64,000 bases of DNA. Origin: Callorhinchus milii. Taxonomy: Eukaryota. A program made the position numbers and the translations under genes. The notes under the pieces were generated by a model. It did no database searches and was not told the origin of the DNA. It saw nothing but the letters and a program-made list of their open reading frames with translations. The stretch covers positions 91,390,001 to 91,454,000 of the forward strand of contig NW_024704743.1 in assembly GCF_018977255.1 (NCBI RefSeq), read 5' to 3'. Shown here in pieces: positions 9,696 through 23,612 of this stretch (positions are counted from its first letter, which is position 1; each line of letters starts with the position of its first letter).

Positions 9696-11964
9696 CTCTA
9701 TTCTAGGTGAGCAGATAACTGTGGAAGTTGAATTTCAGTGAAAGGTATCTGGTGACATAGTGCATGAATTGAAATTCCTTGTGATTTGAGAGACTACGTG
9801 ATCTTATTACATTCATTTAAAACATAAAATGTATATGACACAAGTGAATCTCAAGCCCACCCTAGAGACTGTCATGTGACATTTATAATGGTGTGCAACC
9901 GAACCTAACAAATGGAATATTCCAGTGCAGCACTGAGTGAATATCATCCAAGTAAGTGTTAAATACTGGAAACATTGAAATGTCTGTATATGGATCACAT
10001 AAGTAGCAAGCTGTTGAAAGCAAATCAGATCATTCACTTGCATCACAATTGGGTTTGTCATGAGTGGAATAATAGATCTTTCCCGGCTCCACCATCCATG
10101 GTCAAGCCTTCAGCTACCAAATCCTTGTCTGGAACTGTCTTCCAATTCTTTCCGTCTTGCTACCTTTTCCCCTCTCTCTCTTTTCTGTCTTCACACATCT
10201 TTTCAACCATGCCTTAAGTGGTCTGGTCACTCTTTTCCCCGCTGGGTGCTCACTACTACATTTGCCAAGCACTTTGAGATAGTCTTGTACACGAAAAGCA
10301 CCATTTAAATGCAGGTTATCATCATAATATGTTTGGAACTCAATAGCCTCCTGGAGAGCCTTGGATCAGGGAGGAAAACACAGAAATGCAGTCATATGTG
10401 CTTTAGTGAATCAGAACTATTATGTTCCATCAAATATCTCCTACTCATTTCTTAATGATGATAGAGTGCTTGAAGATGATAATCCTCCCCACCATATACA
10501 TTCATTTGTAAACATTGGGAAATGAGATCACACCATGTCACCACTGCAGTAGATTAAATTCAATGTTCTTCTTCTCAGGCTCATTGAACACCAATATATG
10601 GAGTTTACCAAACTTGGACACACAGCTGTTGTTTTTCCTCTGGCATCTAGAGTAGCTTGCAAATAAGAGTTTGTCTCTGTGAAAATCTCATATGCAAATG
10701 TGTCCAGAATATTAGCCCTACACAATGTGAAGTACTTTATTCCCTTATTATTGATCCTTTAAGTTTATTAGCATGGCTTAGTTGGTACCACTCTTACCTT
10801 TCGACCGAAAGATTTGTGAGGCTTACTGGTGCAAACAGTTGCTATGTTTGTCTACACAATCACTACACATTACAGTATTTACTTGTAATGTGTTTTTGTT
10901 TGTGATAAGGTGATATAATATATCAGTTCTTCCTAAATTTTGTAATTATAGTAGTGTGAGTTTGCAATACTGTATTTAATGCAAATTTGATAGTACACCG
11001 GTAACTAGTCTTTCAAAGTGGGAAGATTCAGTGAGGAGGACAGTTACCTTTTGGGGATGTTTAAAGTGATGATTAGCATGTTAGTCGCTTGTTTGGGTCA
11101 AATTGTACTTTTCCTGAATCAACCAATTGCCCCAAATATTCCTTCTGTATTTTAGTGTTGCCACTCTTTTTTGTAAAATGTTTGGTAACTACATTTGTCC
11201 ACCTATAAACCAGAGATATCCGATATCTAAAATTAATAAAATACATTTGGCACATGGCCTTGAGATTCAAAGAGAAACAAAAAGGTCTGAGGTCACTGGT
11301 GAAGTCTTGTGTGGAATCACAGTCACTTTTGGAGCAGGGCACATGGGAAACTGCCTCGATGTAGTGAAACACTTCTTTTGTGCTACTTTCCTGATCCTGC
11401 CAACAAATAAAGCCAGCTCATTTCACGTTACCTGAGGGTTTTGACTTCCTTAACGTGGATGGTGCAATCATTTTTCACAGTAACTGCAATAGAATTTGAT
11501 ATTTAGAAGCCAAAAGAATGTGAATCTGTAAACCTGAAAGGAGGTGAATCTGTAAAATTGCTTTTTATTTTAAGATCCACAGTAAGCCTTGGATTTATTC
11601 TTTAGACTTATGATTGATTTATTCTAAAGAATTCAATTCTTTTTCGATTTGAAAAGGTCTTTCAGAATATGTTCTGGGTCATGATATTACCTTCCCGGAA
11701 TAGAAGTATGAATACGGTTTGTTTTGTAATCAGCCCACTGATAGAGCCACAAATGTCTCTGCCCCACCACTGTAACTGCAATATGAGGTCATGAACTGCA
11801 GATCTTATAGATCTATCAAGTCAGTGGAGGAGCAGATGTCTCTATACTCATTTCGCCTAAAGTAGTCTTGCAATTATTTTGGTCGGGCAGGTGTCTGACA
11901 TATGAGAAAACCCATCACCATGCTTAAGACTCTCAAACTGAGAGTTCTATACATGCCATCTATG

Positions 11965-12505
11965 CATGGAAATTCTAGAGATATTTATTGGAATGGAATG
12001 CACATACTCTCCCTGGAGGGACACATCCTACTTACCTAATTCCAGAAAATATTACCTGCAGGTTGGCAAAGGCCAAGTGTGGGAACCCCAGAATGTACTT
12101 TGTGGTGCTGCTGGAGTCTAACCAGCTGAAATTGCATAGCTTCCCATTGAGAGCACTATCCGCCAAGCTTTTCCTCTGCTTGTCCAGTTAGGACCACTCT
12201 ACTCATTAAGGGCTTTGGCTTGCAGGGATAACGGGAGCTGAATGAGAAGAGTCCCTGACCCAATTATTTCATGAACAGGTAAATTCAGCCCTTCTAAGTC
12301 CTGCGGATGAGCCAGGCTGGCTGTCCTGTCATCAGTAGCCCTTAAAGTAATGTGGACCTGCCTGGCTCAGGAACTGGACCTCTGAGACCGCGACCAAATG
12401 TGAGCTCGATTCCGACATTTGTTGCCAAACTATATCACCTTGGAGTCAGTCCAGCTCCAAGGAGACCCCACTTGCCTTTCCCCAAGAGGATCACCAAAGT
12501 AGTCT
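11965..12505 (+). repeat. Unclassified interspersed repeat, copy 1
   Basis: Colinear similarity to the reverse complement of 38955-39420, e.g. ttggaatggaatg, ctggagtctaaccagctg, ggacctgcctggctcag, tcaccttggag.cagt.cag.tccaaggagaccc. Confidence 0.8.
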
Positions 12506-13379
12506 TGCTCGGCATACATAAGCTTACATAAGGAGAGGAGGGTGTGGGGGACAAGCAGGAAGCCGGTGCAAGTCGAGCGGAGGTGCCAGGGGGAGTGAGG
12601 AGGTCAGAGAGTCAAGGAGGTGCCAGAGAATTTGAATATCCTATGGTCTTGAGGCTAAGACTATGAGAAATCTCGTGGCTTCAGCCAAGTGTCCCGAATT
12701 ACCATCAATATCGGTAATTGGGTGCATTAGAACACTGTATTTTCAATTCCAGGATCAGGGATTGAATCCATGCGGGACTGGTGGGCTGAAATTCGTAGAA
12801 TTACATTCTCCTAATTTATCCTTTTATATCTGATTTTACAAAATCTGATGTAAATCCGAATCTGTGCAATGCCAACCCTGTTCCTAGTGATTGTAAGTTC
12901 ACAGCCAAAAGAGTTCAGTATTTGTCATCACATTAACCATTCTGACTCAGGCAGATCATCATCAGAACTGGTGTACAACACAGCAATGTTCAGATTAGTG
13001 TAAGATCTCTGTGGCCATTGTAATACCTAAGGTATAAATTTAGAGCACATGGAGCTTCACTCCACACCCAACCACACACGCTACATCTGACATTAGGGAT
13101 ATGAACATGAAATGAACATAGGTAGCTTCATGCTCACATTACGATATCCAAATTCGAAAACTGTTCCTTTCTTCATGATTAATATCCGTTATGTTGGTGA
13201 TAGAGTTCTGGCACTAATGCAACATCGTTGCTCAGATCCCAAATATCATGTGCAATTTTTTCTGGTGTCATCCTGTGGAATCAACCACTCTTGTATGGAC
13301 ACACCTCTGAATTCACCTTTGGAATAGAGGAGACTTATGAATTTTACTGATCGTATATCTAACCTTGTTCCTGACTTAC

Positions 13380-13750
13380 TGTTGGTTGGCAAGGACTCTT
13401 AGTTCTGGGTCAGAAGGTTGTGGGTTCAAGCCTCACATTGAACTCAGTTAAGCTGACACTACACTGCAGTGTTGGCTGTTCTTCAGATGATTTATTAAAC
13501 TGTCTGTGTTCATGATGTTATAGATCCCATGACACTATTCAAGAACAGAAAGAAGTTCCTCTCTATGTTGCAACCAACAAACCTCCAGATCAATTGGTTA
13601 GTCACTTTATGGCTGTTTGTGCAACTTTGCAGTACCAAAATTGGCTGCTGGGTTCAACTATGAAAATAGTTACTACACTTGACAGCAATGTCTTGTGAAG
13701 TGCTTGGAGATATTTCAACATTATAGGTGCCTATATGAAACGCAAGATGT
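13380..13750 (+). mobile_element. Old tRNA-derived Deu-type SINE, degenerate
   Basis: tctgggtcagaaggttgtgggttcaagcc head, ggctgtttgtgcaactttgc...aaattggctgctg core, degenerate tail. Confidence 0.7.
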
Positions 13751-16102
13751 TTTAAATTGTTATTACTGTCTCTTCTTCTCTGGTAAGAATTACTTTTTCA
13801 AGACATATTATGCACAACCACCACAGATGATGCATTTGTAGAATCTCTTTCTATTCATTCATTTGTGGTTATCTGATGCTATCCACGTTTGAAACAAGAT
13901 TTGATTTCCCCATTCTTTTCAGAGGCTAATCTATTCAAGCTGTGAGAAAGCTGCTTTCCATTGTGTGGATTCCACCCAATTCTTTTGGGTTCGGTATCTT
14001 TATGTGTGTGGTCTGTGTACGTGTGTTTGGCTGGGGGAAAGAGCAGCAGTAACAAAACATACCTTACAGATATTGTTGTTTAAATTCCTTATTTGAAGTG
14101 CATTAACTTGACAATTTGACCTGCATATCTTTGTCCATTTCAAGTTTGGACTGAAAACTAAAAATGTCACCAGTTCTCATGCAATTACGTCTATTCAATT
14201 CCATGGTGTTAGGTTATTAAGAATAAAGGAGAAAGAATATGAATTAATGTTATTTATAATGCAAAAACATTGGGGGAAACAGGAGTGAGACACTGCCAAA
14301 CTGACTGAATGTGACAGGCAGTGTCCTTACTTCTTTCCAATTCTATTATGGTTCAAGCACAACAAAGAGCTCAAGGCTCATTGCCCTGATGGTAAAGCCA
14401 GGCACTATGTGCCAGGCAGATTTGAGAAAAATCTTCAGTTGGATTCTGACTCCAAGGGATTCTGTTGTGTATGGTTTATTTGCTGCCCAGGGGAGACTAA
14501 CAGACTGGGGCATTCAAGATCTTTCATCAAATTAATTACATTGCAAAAAATATATGACTTTAGTTTCTCACTGGACAGTTAATATAACCGTTGAAGTGAT
14601 GGGAAGATTGCAAGTGTTTGCCAAGCAGTATTGTATATACCATTGGGGAGATTTGCATTCTCTTGCTGCTGGTATTGAACTCTCTTTCAATGAAAGAAAA
14701 CAGAAAATGTTTGTTTTGTCTGCATTTTGCAGATTCAAATGTTATCCAATCATTAATACTAATATATATATTTATGTTCCAAAAATTACCTGTTAAGCTT
14801 TACTTTAGGAGAGTACCTTTGCAATGATAATCCAAACGAAATATAACATAAATAATTTTGCATTTTCACCTTGTTTCATCATACCGACTGTTTATACTGT
14901 ACCTATTATATATTCCATTGCATTAAAAGATTTGTGTGCCTTTTGCATTTAATATCATGAGTCCTGAAAACACATCTAAAAGGAACACAAAAGCACAAAA
15001 CAGAACTACTGTTCCACAGACATAGGTTAAAGATCGTGTTACATCACCTACTGGGGCTGCAAGCAACAGGTATTAATCTACTGCTCTTTTAAAAGAGACA
15101 CGTTGGGCCGAATGGCCTCCTTCTGCGCTGTATAATTCAATGATACTATGATACTGGCTTAATTCTCCAAGGTAGAGCCTGAGTATCTCATAGCACTTTA
15201 GAGTCTCCAGGGCAAGCAACCCATAGATATTCAATCTAAAATCTTGACTGCATTTATCATGGGCACAAACATTGAGAAGGAATTATATTGTTACTGTGAA
15301 TCTTAACTCCAAGAGGATGTGTGTGGGAGAGATATAAAACACTGTGTGTAACATTCAATCCAATTTTAGTAAATTGCCTCTCCAATTATACAAACCACTA
15401 CATGCTACATTTTAAAACTATTTTTCTGATTATTCTCCTTGATGTGTTGTCTTATCAAACAGAACCAAAATGCGTTGCCCAAGTTATGCACCATATCTTC
15501 TTAAATATATAATATTTAACCTCCAGCTACTTTCCTAATTTACTTGGCTTATGTCATCATTATGTACTGTGAAAATGTGGTGCAAGTTGCGGTATTTCTT
15601 AATGGAATTTACAAATAAAATTCCCATTGATCCTCTCTAGAAGTAAATGAAGTCACAGCAGAGTTCTCATGGGTCGTTGTTACATACTTCCTGTTATTGG
15701 AATGAATCCCCAATTGCACAACTTGGATTTTTTAATTAAAAAACCTGGTTATTATATACTGAAAATTCAACCCCACTATCATAGGCTATCATAGCATTAA
15801 TTGGGACCAGCAGCCCCATTACGGATAAGCAAATAGTGTGGATAATGGGGTATCACACAAAATATAAATTGGCCACAGACTTAACTAAAACAAATTATTC
15901 AATGAGAGATTGTAATGTAACTATTGTAGCTTTACCAGTTATTTTTTTCTGTTACTCACTCTGCCTCTGCTCTGCCTTTGTTTGCCAATGCTTTCTTGCT
16001 CTCTTACTCTGCCTTTGTCTCTTTGTAATATAGGAAGAAAAACAGTGAGTGACGTACTGCAATTACTATAATTACTAAAGTATGTTACTCTCTATCTCTC
16101 TC

Positions 16103-16307
16103 TAATAATTCCTTGAAACATTTAAATAATAATTAAAATTGGTCACTCAATCCACAGCTGTTTGTGGGACACTGCGGCGTGAAATTGGCTGCTGCATTTC
16201 ACCCACAAATATGCAGTCAATTCACTTTACAGTATATTCTGTGAAGAGCTTTGAGACGTCTCCAAGACGTGATAAGGCTCTATATCAAATGCAAGGATTA
16301 TTATTAT
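16103..16307 (+). mobile_element. SINE 3' two-thirds, intermediate age
   Basis: aaattggtcactcaatccacagctgtttgtgggacactgc...tatatcaaatgcaaggattattatt. Confidence 0.85.
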
Positions 16308-18483
16308 CTCTCACTCTCTGAGTCTCTCCAAATCTCTCTCCATGACTTTCTCTGTATACCTTATTCTATAACATTACACTGTACCCATGTACACCCATCA
16401 TATCATATACATATCATATATGTACCCACATTTAGGCTTACCTTCACACATGCGCACCACCAGATTGTTTTTGCCACGTCTTACAGTCCTGTGTCCTGGA
16501 GGCCAATGTGGATAAACAGACATATGCATAATTGGTGTGTGGATAACTCACATTTAATTGTACTGCTTTTAGTATTACGTAGAGGGTTGAATTTGATTTC
16601 TTACTTATGGACCTTATTTTCATTACATTTACTAAAAGACTTCTAATTTATTTTTTATACCGATTTACTTACTCTTGTGTTCTGTATGCTTCTCCCCATA
16701 CATATTGGTCCGTGAACTGTTTAAGCGTTTCATTTCCTCAGCTATTATGTTTCCCTGTCGTGTTTGTCATTTGTTTTAATAGTAATTGCATTACATCACT
16801 CACTGTTTTCTTTCCTATGTTACAAAAAAATCTAATTATTATTTACATGTGAGTAACCTAATTTCTTTGAACAAGTATCATGATGATGCGTAAAGGCATC
16901 CATGTAAGTGCAGGACGTCCTTTGCCTCAAGTGGTGTCTGAAAGTAAGATTGGCATGTAATAGTGGAAAACTCTTAAAATGAACTCTCAGTGCCATATTT
17001 GTCTGGTCCCTATCCCTTGACACCCCTCCTTGGAACAGCTGAATGATGAGCGTTGGATTGGGCTGAGCAGTGATCCTCTCCCATAATGCTGACTGCTTAG
17101 GCTCACAGTGAAGATGGCTATTTAATCAAAAGAAAGGGAGAGTGATTGCAACCCATGACTTTAAGTCTGACTCTTCAAGCAATAACTCTAAATATGGAAG
17201 GATACCACTGCTGAGAGCGATCACAAGCCATGAAACTCTCATAAGTCAGCATCATCAGGAGAGACTGGCAAATGGAAGAAAATTATAGGAATCATCTCAG
17301 ACTGATACTTTTAAGTCCAGCATGTGTGAGCAGATTGCCTCTGTGCAATATTTATACAATACAAATAACCATTTTTAAACAAAAGATTCTGCAATTGGGA
17401 TATTTTCAGTAGGGCTATCTTGGAGTTATTTCTTGAAGTGTCAGACTGGCTCAGTACTCTGATTCAAGCCTAACGTCGGGATTTTGAACTCACAAGTTTA
17501 GGCTGACACTGCAATGCAATGCTGGATTGTCAGAGGTACTGTCTTTCAGATGAGACTTTAAACCAAGGTCCTGTCTGCCTGCTCAGGTGAATATTAAAGA
17601 TCCCATGGCAAGCTTCAGAGGTTTCTGCTGTAGTAGGCTGGTTTCACATGTAGGGTAGAGGACTTTAAGCAGCTGTGCTAGCTGACTTTGAAGAGTTGGA
17701 ATAAAGTTTGAATGCATCCTTATGTTAAAAGTAAACTCCTAGGGCAAACTGATTCCATTGCAATCCCAGCAGACATGGTTCGAATGGCCATATGGGATGT
17801 TTTTATTATGATACTGCTCTCACGTCTCATGGCATTCAGAGGTTAGAACCTTTTTCAGCTCCACTGTTCATTCTCTGTCACATGCTGCGAAGAGGATAAA
17901 GTGATTCCAGATGTGTTTTTATTGTCGAGGAAGGCTTTTGGGACTGTTATACTTCATGTTTGATGCATGCTTTGTGGGTCCAGTGGGAGCAGTTTTGGTA
18001 ACTTGACAGATCGCAAAGTGTTGAACGGTTTTCTGTCTCATCCTTTAACTTTGAGTCCAATACTGGGTTTATACTGGGCCTCAGGTGACAGAGCACACTT
18101 TGCAAATCTCTGGGATTTTGTTCTACGTATGCACGGAATGTTTGATGATATTATAGTTTCTAAGTGGAATGCCTGATGTTGATCGCTCCCTCCTATTACC
18201 TAACTTGGAATTGCAACATATCCCCCACCCTTTCCACTTCACAATTGGTGGCTGAACTGTGCCCTAATCTCTGGATCTCCTTTCCTAGACATGTCCGTCT
18301 CATTACTCCCCTCAATCTGTCTTTAAGTCCTGTCTTAAAACCTACATCTTTGACCGTGTCTCAGTCGATGTCCACCCCGCCACTGTAAAGCATTACAAGC
18401 CATTATTCTACATGAAGGGCACTATGTATCACCACTTCATTATTTCAGCTTGAAGTCAGGAATGCAGTCTCTTGCCAACATGC

Positions 18484-18597
18484 TGTGTAATGGCAGGCAC
18501 GTTGTGGAACAGCAGATATACAGTGTAATGGCAGACACGTTGTGTAATGGCAGACTTATTGTATACTGGCAGACACAGTGTGTAATTGCAGATACGT
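18484..18597. repeat. Minisatellite, six 19-bp units (consensus TGTGTAATGGCAGACACGT)
   Basis: Units start at 18484, 18503, 18522, 18541, 18560 and 18579, head to tail without spacers. Confidence 0.85.
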
Positions 18598-20069
18598 TGC
18601 ACATGTGTAAATATATGTTATGAAATTCCATGTTTGTACTTGCCATCCTTTAGTAAGGACTAAAAAGCCAAATAGAAGCACTGGCGGTTACTTTTTTCTG
18701 CACCCACACTTTTCGCTTTGCCTCCGTATTCACAAAATGATTAAAGATAAAGAACATAACGATCAATCAAGTCAGTGTGTATGAAAAGGAGGATGTGGGA
18801 AAGAGCAACACCAGAACAGAATAAGGGAGAATTTGACAAGTGTTTGCAGCATTAATGGTGGCCGGACGACCTTATTTTGGTAACAACGATAGAAAAATAA
18901 AGTTCTAAAGTTTGTTTTGCACATGGGCAGATGGAGCACTATTCAAAAAGAGAAGAGTTTCTCCTAGGGTCCTGACCAACAATCCCCCAGATAAAATTCA
19001 TCACTCATTCCACGGCTATTTGTGGAGCATGGCTGTGAGCAAATTCCCTGGCAAAATACACAGTTACTACAATTTACAGTACTTCCTGTGAAGCACTTTG
19101 AGACATCTTCCTGAGATGAAAGGTGCTATATCAAATATTAGAATAAATTATTTATTATTTATAATGCAGTGCTGCTACGATATTTGGCCTTTTTATAATA
19201 TGGATTGCTGGCCAAGGTGGGCTTGACTCCATACTGTACGAGTGACCCAAAAGCTGGTAACTAGTTAGATAAGCAAACGATTAAAGGATGATCTGCTGAG
19301 TCCATATTAGACCAATTGTGTATCCATGAGTTGCCTCTAGGACTATTTGCACTGCAATAACTACCTAGGATTAAAGCACACATGAATCAATCAAGACACT
19401 ATTTATAAAAAGAGGAGGTAGGAAATAGCCAATATCATAGAATCTGGGCGAATAATTGCATTGCAAGTTATGAACGCTGGAATTTTCACCGCCATGGTTC
19501 AAAAAACTGGAGGGCTGACCTTGGTTTCGGACAAGTTAAGATTCTCTTGTTCCATGAAGACAATGATAAATGACACAAACCAAGTCAGGGGCTCTTTATA
19601 GATATAATCACTATTGCAAACAGTCTGATCTGTTCTGGTGGTGATGAGAAATGGTCCAGATTACTTATGGAATGACATAGGTTCTCTGAAATCTCGATAG
19701 TGAGAGATGTTCAGATACACGATATACCCATCAGAAAGATATATACTTCAGTGCATTCACTCTGTCCCCAGGAAGTCATCTATCACAGAATGAATGCACC
19801 TACTGATGCTGAAATGGTTGATAACAGATTCATCACTGGTCAACACTGAAAACTTAGTCTAAAGCTCTCTTTGAGAATGGAAACAATAACAACAACAAGA
19901 TTACATTTGTATAGCGCCTTTCACACTGGGAGGATGTCCCGAAACTTCTCCCAGACTAGTGCAATTGAATTCTCTTATTCACAAGGCGGGAATGAAAACA
20001 AAATTAAATGTTGAAATTACTCAATGTGATTTTATTCTGGTTTATTTGTATGTTCTCCCAAATACTTGA

Positions 20070-20230
20070 TGTAGAATCATAGAATTATGAGGAGGCCATT
20101 TGGCCCATCGTGTCTGTGTCGGCTCTTTTAAAAGAACTATCCAAATCAATCCCACTCCTCCACTCTCTCCCCATAGGCCTGCAAACCTGTCCTCCCCAAA
20201 TAATTATCTACTTCTCTCTTAAAAGTTGTT
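20070..20230 (-). mobile_element. CR1-type LINE (or CR1-tailed SINE) 3' end
   Basis: agaatcatagaat...ggaggccatttggcccatcgtgtctg...ctatccaaatcaatcccactcc is the reverse complement of the element at 54930-55050. Confidence 0.7.
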
Positions 20231-20980
20231 ATCGAATTGGCCAGTTGCAAAGTTATTTAAGCGCTATTTTTGTTCTCAGAGAATGGACACGGGCACTGGT
20301 TCTTTATTTCATGACATGCACCTGCAGCTTCTCTTCCTACTCTTCCCATTAAAGAGTTCCTCTCTCATACTTGCTGTACAGGCATGAGATTTAGCAGGTT
20401 CAGAGGTTGAAAATGTAAGAATATTTTGAAAGTTGAATCTAAAGAGCTGATCCCACTGGGTGGCATAAGGCTCCATTGGCATTCGCTTCCACCCTATCAA
20501 ACTGGATTGCCACAGGTATATGGAGGAATAATTCCACCTCAATTCAATAAATCATCGCCCCTATTTTTCTAACTGTGGCTGCCTCCTGCCCAATTGGAGA
20601 TGGCTATACAAGGTGTCATGCTATTTAGTCCCTTTGCCCACATGCACCAACGTTCTTGTAACAGAGACCAAAACCCTAATGTTCCAAATTTCCCTAGCAT
20701 CTCCTTAATCTTGCAATTTGGGGCTCACCTTTATCTTCACCACCATGGTGAAAATCCAAATCATGCTGACATTAAAACTGACAGCTCTGTCTGCTTACAG
20801 CTTCTGCTGCCGGCACAGTTTGATTTAAAATAGCTATTACGTTACAATGAAATTTTAAGAGCTTGTTATATAATGAAAGCCACTGTATCCTTCATGACCT
20901 GTCACTGTGACTGATGGCACTTCACTGGCTTAATTTATCCCAGGCTGGCTTGTCTGTAACTCGCGCTTATTTCTACCCAC

Positions 20981-21094
20981 CGGCTTCTGCCTTTTGTTGT
21001 TTCTCGATTTTCTCCAGTCTTCCCAGCAAGAAGTCAATTTTGTTTTTGATTTGGGTCAGTTCCTTCTTGATTGTCTGCAGCTCATCTGATTTCA
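20981..21094 (-). CDS. RALYL: RALYL coding exon (114 nt): leucine-zipper/coiled-coil oligomerisation domain [38 protein letters not shown]
   Basis: Acceptor ctccctctctccccag, donor gtgggt. Phase 1-1, in frame with both neighbours (T+TG=Leu; G+AG=Glu). Typical hnRNP C-family zipper sequence. Confidence 0.96.
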
Positions 21095-21503
21095 CTGGGG
21101 AGAGAGGGAGAGAGATAGAGAACGTTGAAAATGCAGTCAATTTTGTCTCCAGTTCAAATAAAACCAGTATCCGTTTTCTCATTTGGCAAAACAATTCGAA
21201 AAAAATCTTATCACCAATGGGTCCTCTTGTAATTTGCATTTCATATCTACCCTTCCTGATCCAAATCTATATGTGAATCTCACACCAGCTCCTTGCTTCT
21301 TCTATGGAAATGCAAAGGAGTACTTGAGATGACAAAAACATGATTAAATGTATCAGATGTAAATATTATTGGCAATTATGAGAAACAGCTCATTTGGAAA
21401 TCACCTGCTGTGTTTGACTACCATGGGTTTACAGCAGGTAAGTTTCTTTAGAAAATTGGGGAACAAGTGCAATACGCAAGGATTTGTTACCACTTCATTT
21501 TCA

Positions 21504-21768
21504 AAACAACAACAAAATCACATTTAGAGAGCGCCTTTCACATTGGGAGGACATCCCAAGGCGCTGGCCAGTCAGGGGTCAGGACCCGAGCTTGAGGGAG
21601 GGGTGGGGTAGAGGGAGGATTGAGTGGTCCACAGTATCAAAGGCGGCGGAGAGATCGAGGAGGACGAGGAGGCAGAGGGAGCTCTGGTCACACATGGTCA
21701 GGATGTCATTTGTGACCTTGACCAGAGCAAAAGAGTCAGATGCATTGAAATCTGGATGTGGGGTATTA
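21504..21768 (-). mobile_element. L2-clade LINE fragment: RT motif fused to 3' tail
   Basis: Translates ALVKVTNDILTMCDQSSLCLLVLLDLSAAFDTVDHSIL (typical L2 reverse-transcriptase motif), then runs directly into the L2 3' end with a (TTG)n tail. Confidence 0.85.
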
Positions 21769-22754
21769 AAGTCATTTATATTTAAATATATTTTATTTCT
21801 TATCATTTTCAACAGGTCGAAAGTCCCAGCAAGCAGTCTACGCATATTAAGTGCACTGACAATGTTTGCTCCATGTAATTGCTCATTAAGACAATGGGAA
21901 ATGAACTGCACCAGTGGGAAGAGATGCTGCCCAGGGCCACACACCAATTTGTTGCACAGCACACACTAAGTAGCACATCAACTTCTAATCACATTTTTAC
22001 ATTTAACATCTATAAAGACCAAAACCAACTGGACTTATTTACACTCTCCCATTAGGCAGTCTTCCTTAGGCCTAAACCATTTTCGATGTTAATTGGGAAA
22101 TTACAGCTGGCTGAATGTGAGCCACTGACCATTTAATATTACCGCACTATAATTTTTTTAGAAAACAAACATTTTGTGCAGTAAAGTGAAGAGCTGAACA
22201 GCTAATTGCCCCAGCAAACAGTACACGCAAATTTAAATGCACGCTATAAAAATATTTCACACAACTTAATTGACCTAACTATTGAAGGAGAAAAAAAGGG
22301 ACTTAATTTTCCAGATTTATTCAAAATAACGACCTCTGAATATTTATTCTTCCGTTACAACTCGAGGGATTGTAAGGCTATTTATAAACACAGTTAGTGG
22401 CAAAAGCTCAATGCAAGGAACATTAACCACAACTCGGGATGTCAGTAAGTCTAATTGTCAGATGTCAAGTGCATTTCCTACCACAAAATAAGCTGTTTGT
22501 GCAATTTGAATTGCAAAATTCAAATGACATCATTAATTCTTACCCTAAAGCAATAACATCCATTGAAATGGTTCCTCCTTTGATACTTTTAGATAGATGT
22601 CTCACATGTGTGATGCCTACATTGCTCTAACTGTGTTTAGCAATGTGTTGTGTTTGTGTGTGACCTTACAACAGAAGATCAAACTTGTTTGATGGGCTAA
22701 CTTGCTTGATGGGCTGGTGCAATTGTATAGCTGCACTGAATAACAATGAACACT

Positions 22755-22880
22755 TTAAAATTTATTAATATTATATTATCATTAGTTATTATTATTTCAT
22801 TAATTAATATGATTAAGATTATTATTATTTAATTATTATTAGGATTATTATTACTCAATTAAGATAGGAAAATTAAATGA
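22755..22880. repeat. AT-rich low-complexity (ATT)-like tract
   Basis: Almost exclusively A/T with degenerate ATT repeats. Confidence 0.7.
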
Positions 22881-23305
22881 ACATTATCATCCGATAACCT
22901 ATATTATAAGAAGATGTGCCAGTTTGTCAATAGAGGAATGATCGATAACAACAACAAAATTGTATTTGTATAGCGTCTTTCATGTCAGGAGGCTGTTTTT
23001 GACGGGGTGGGATCAGTGCCAGTGGACAGGGAGAATTTTATGATGTCTGTGAGTAGGGGGGGCAAGGAGGTGGAGCTGGGAGGTAAGGAGAAGGGTAGGG
23101 ATGGTGTTGAGGGAGCAGGTGGTCGGTTTCATCAATAATAATCAATTATGCATCAATAATAGATTGATGGCATAGCACCAACAATTATGCCTGGCACTAA
23201 TTTTGTTCTAGAACATTTATTTTGTCTTAATGATAAAATGTGAGCTCATACTATAAAGTTATTGCTGAACCATTCCCACCTCAGCACAACCTTTTCTCAG
23301 TGATC

Positions 23306-23612
23306 ATAATAATAATAATAATAATAATAATCCTTGCATTTGATTTAGCGCTTTTCACATCGGGAGGACGTCCCAAAGCGCTTCACATAACACACTGTAA
23401 AGTGAATTGACTGTATATTTGTGGGCGAACGCGGCAGCCAATTGCGCATAGCAATGTCCCACAAACAGTCGTAGATTGAAAATGATCAATTTATTATTGT
23501 TTTTGGTTTTGGAGGGATTATTATTAGGCGTGTGGAGTAAGGAAACTTGCCCAAGGTTTCGCCCTGCCTGGAATTGAACTCAGGTCTGTCACTTGCAAAG
23601 CGAGTGCTCTAA
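23306..23612 (-). mobile_element. Young SINE lacking about 20 nt of the 5' head
   Basis: Reverse complement near-identical to 6265-6574. Confidence 0.92.

Noticed and set aside
18484..18597. Possible CRISPR-like array
   Set aside because: Head-to-tail units with no unique spacers, in a vertebrate intron.
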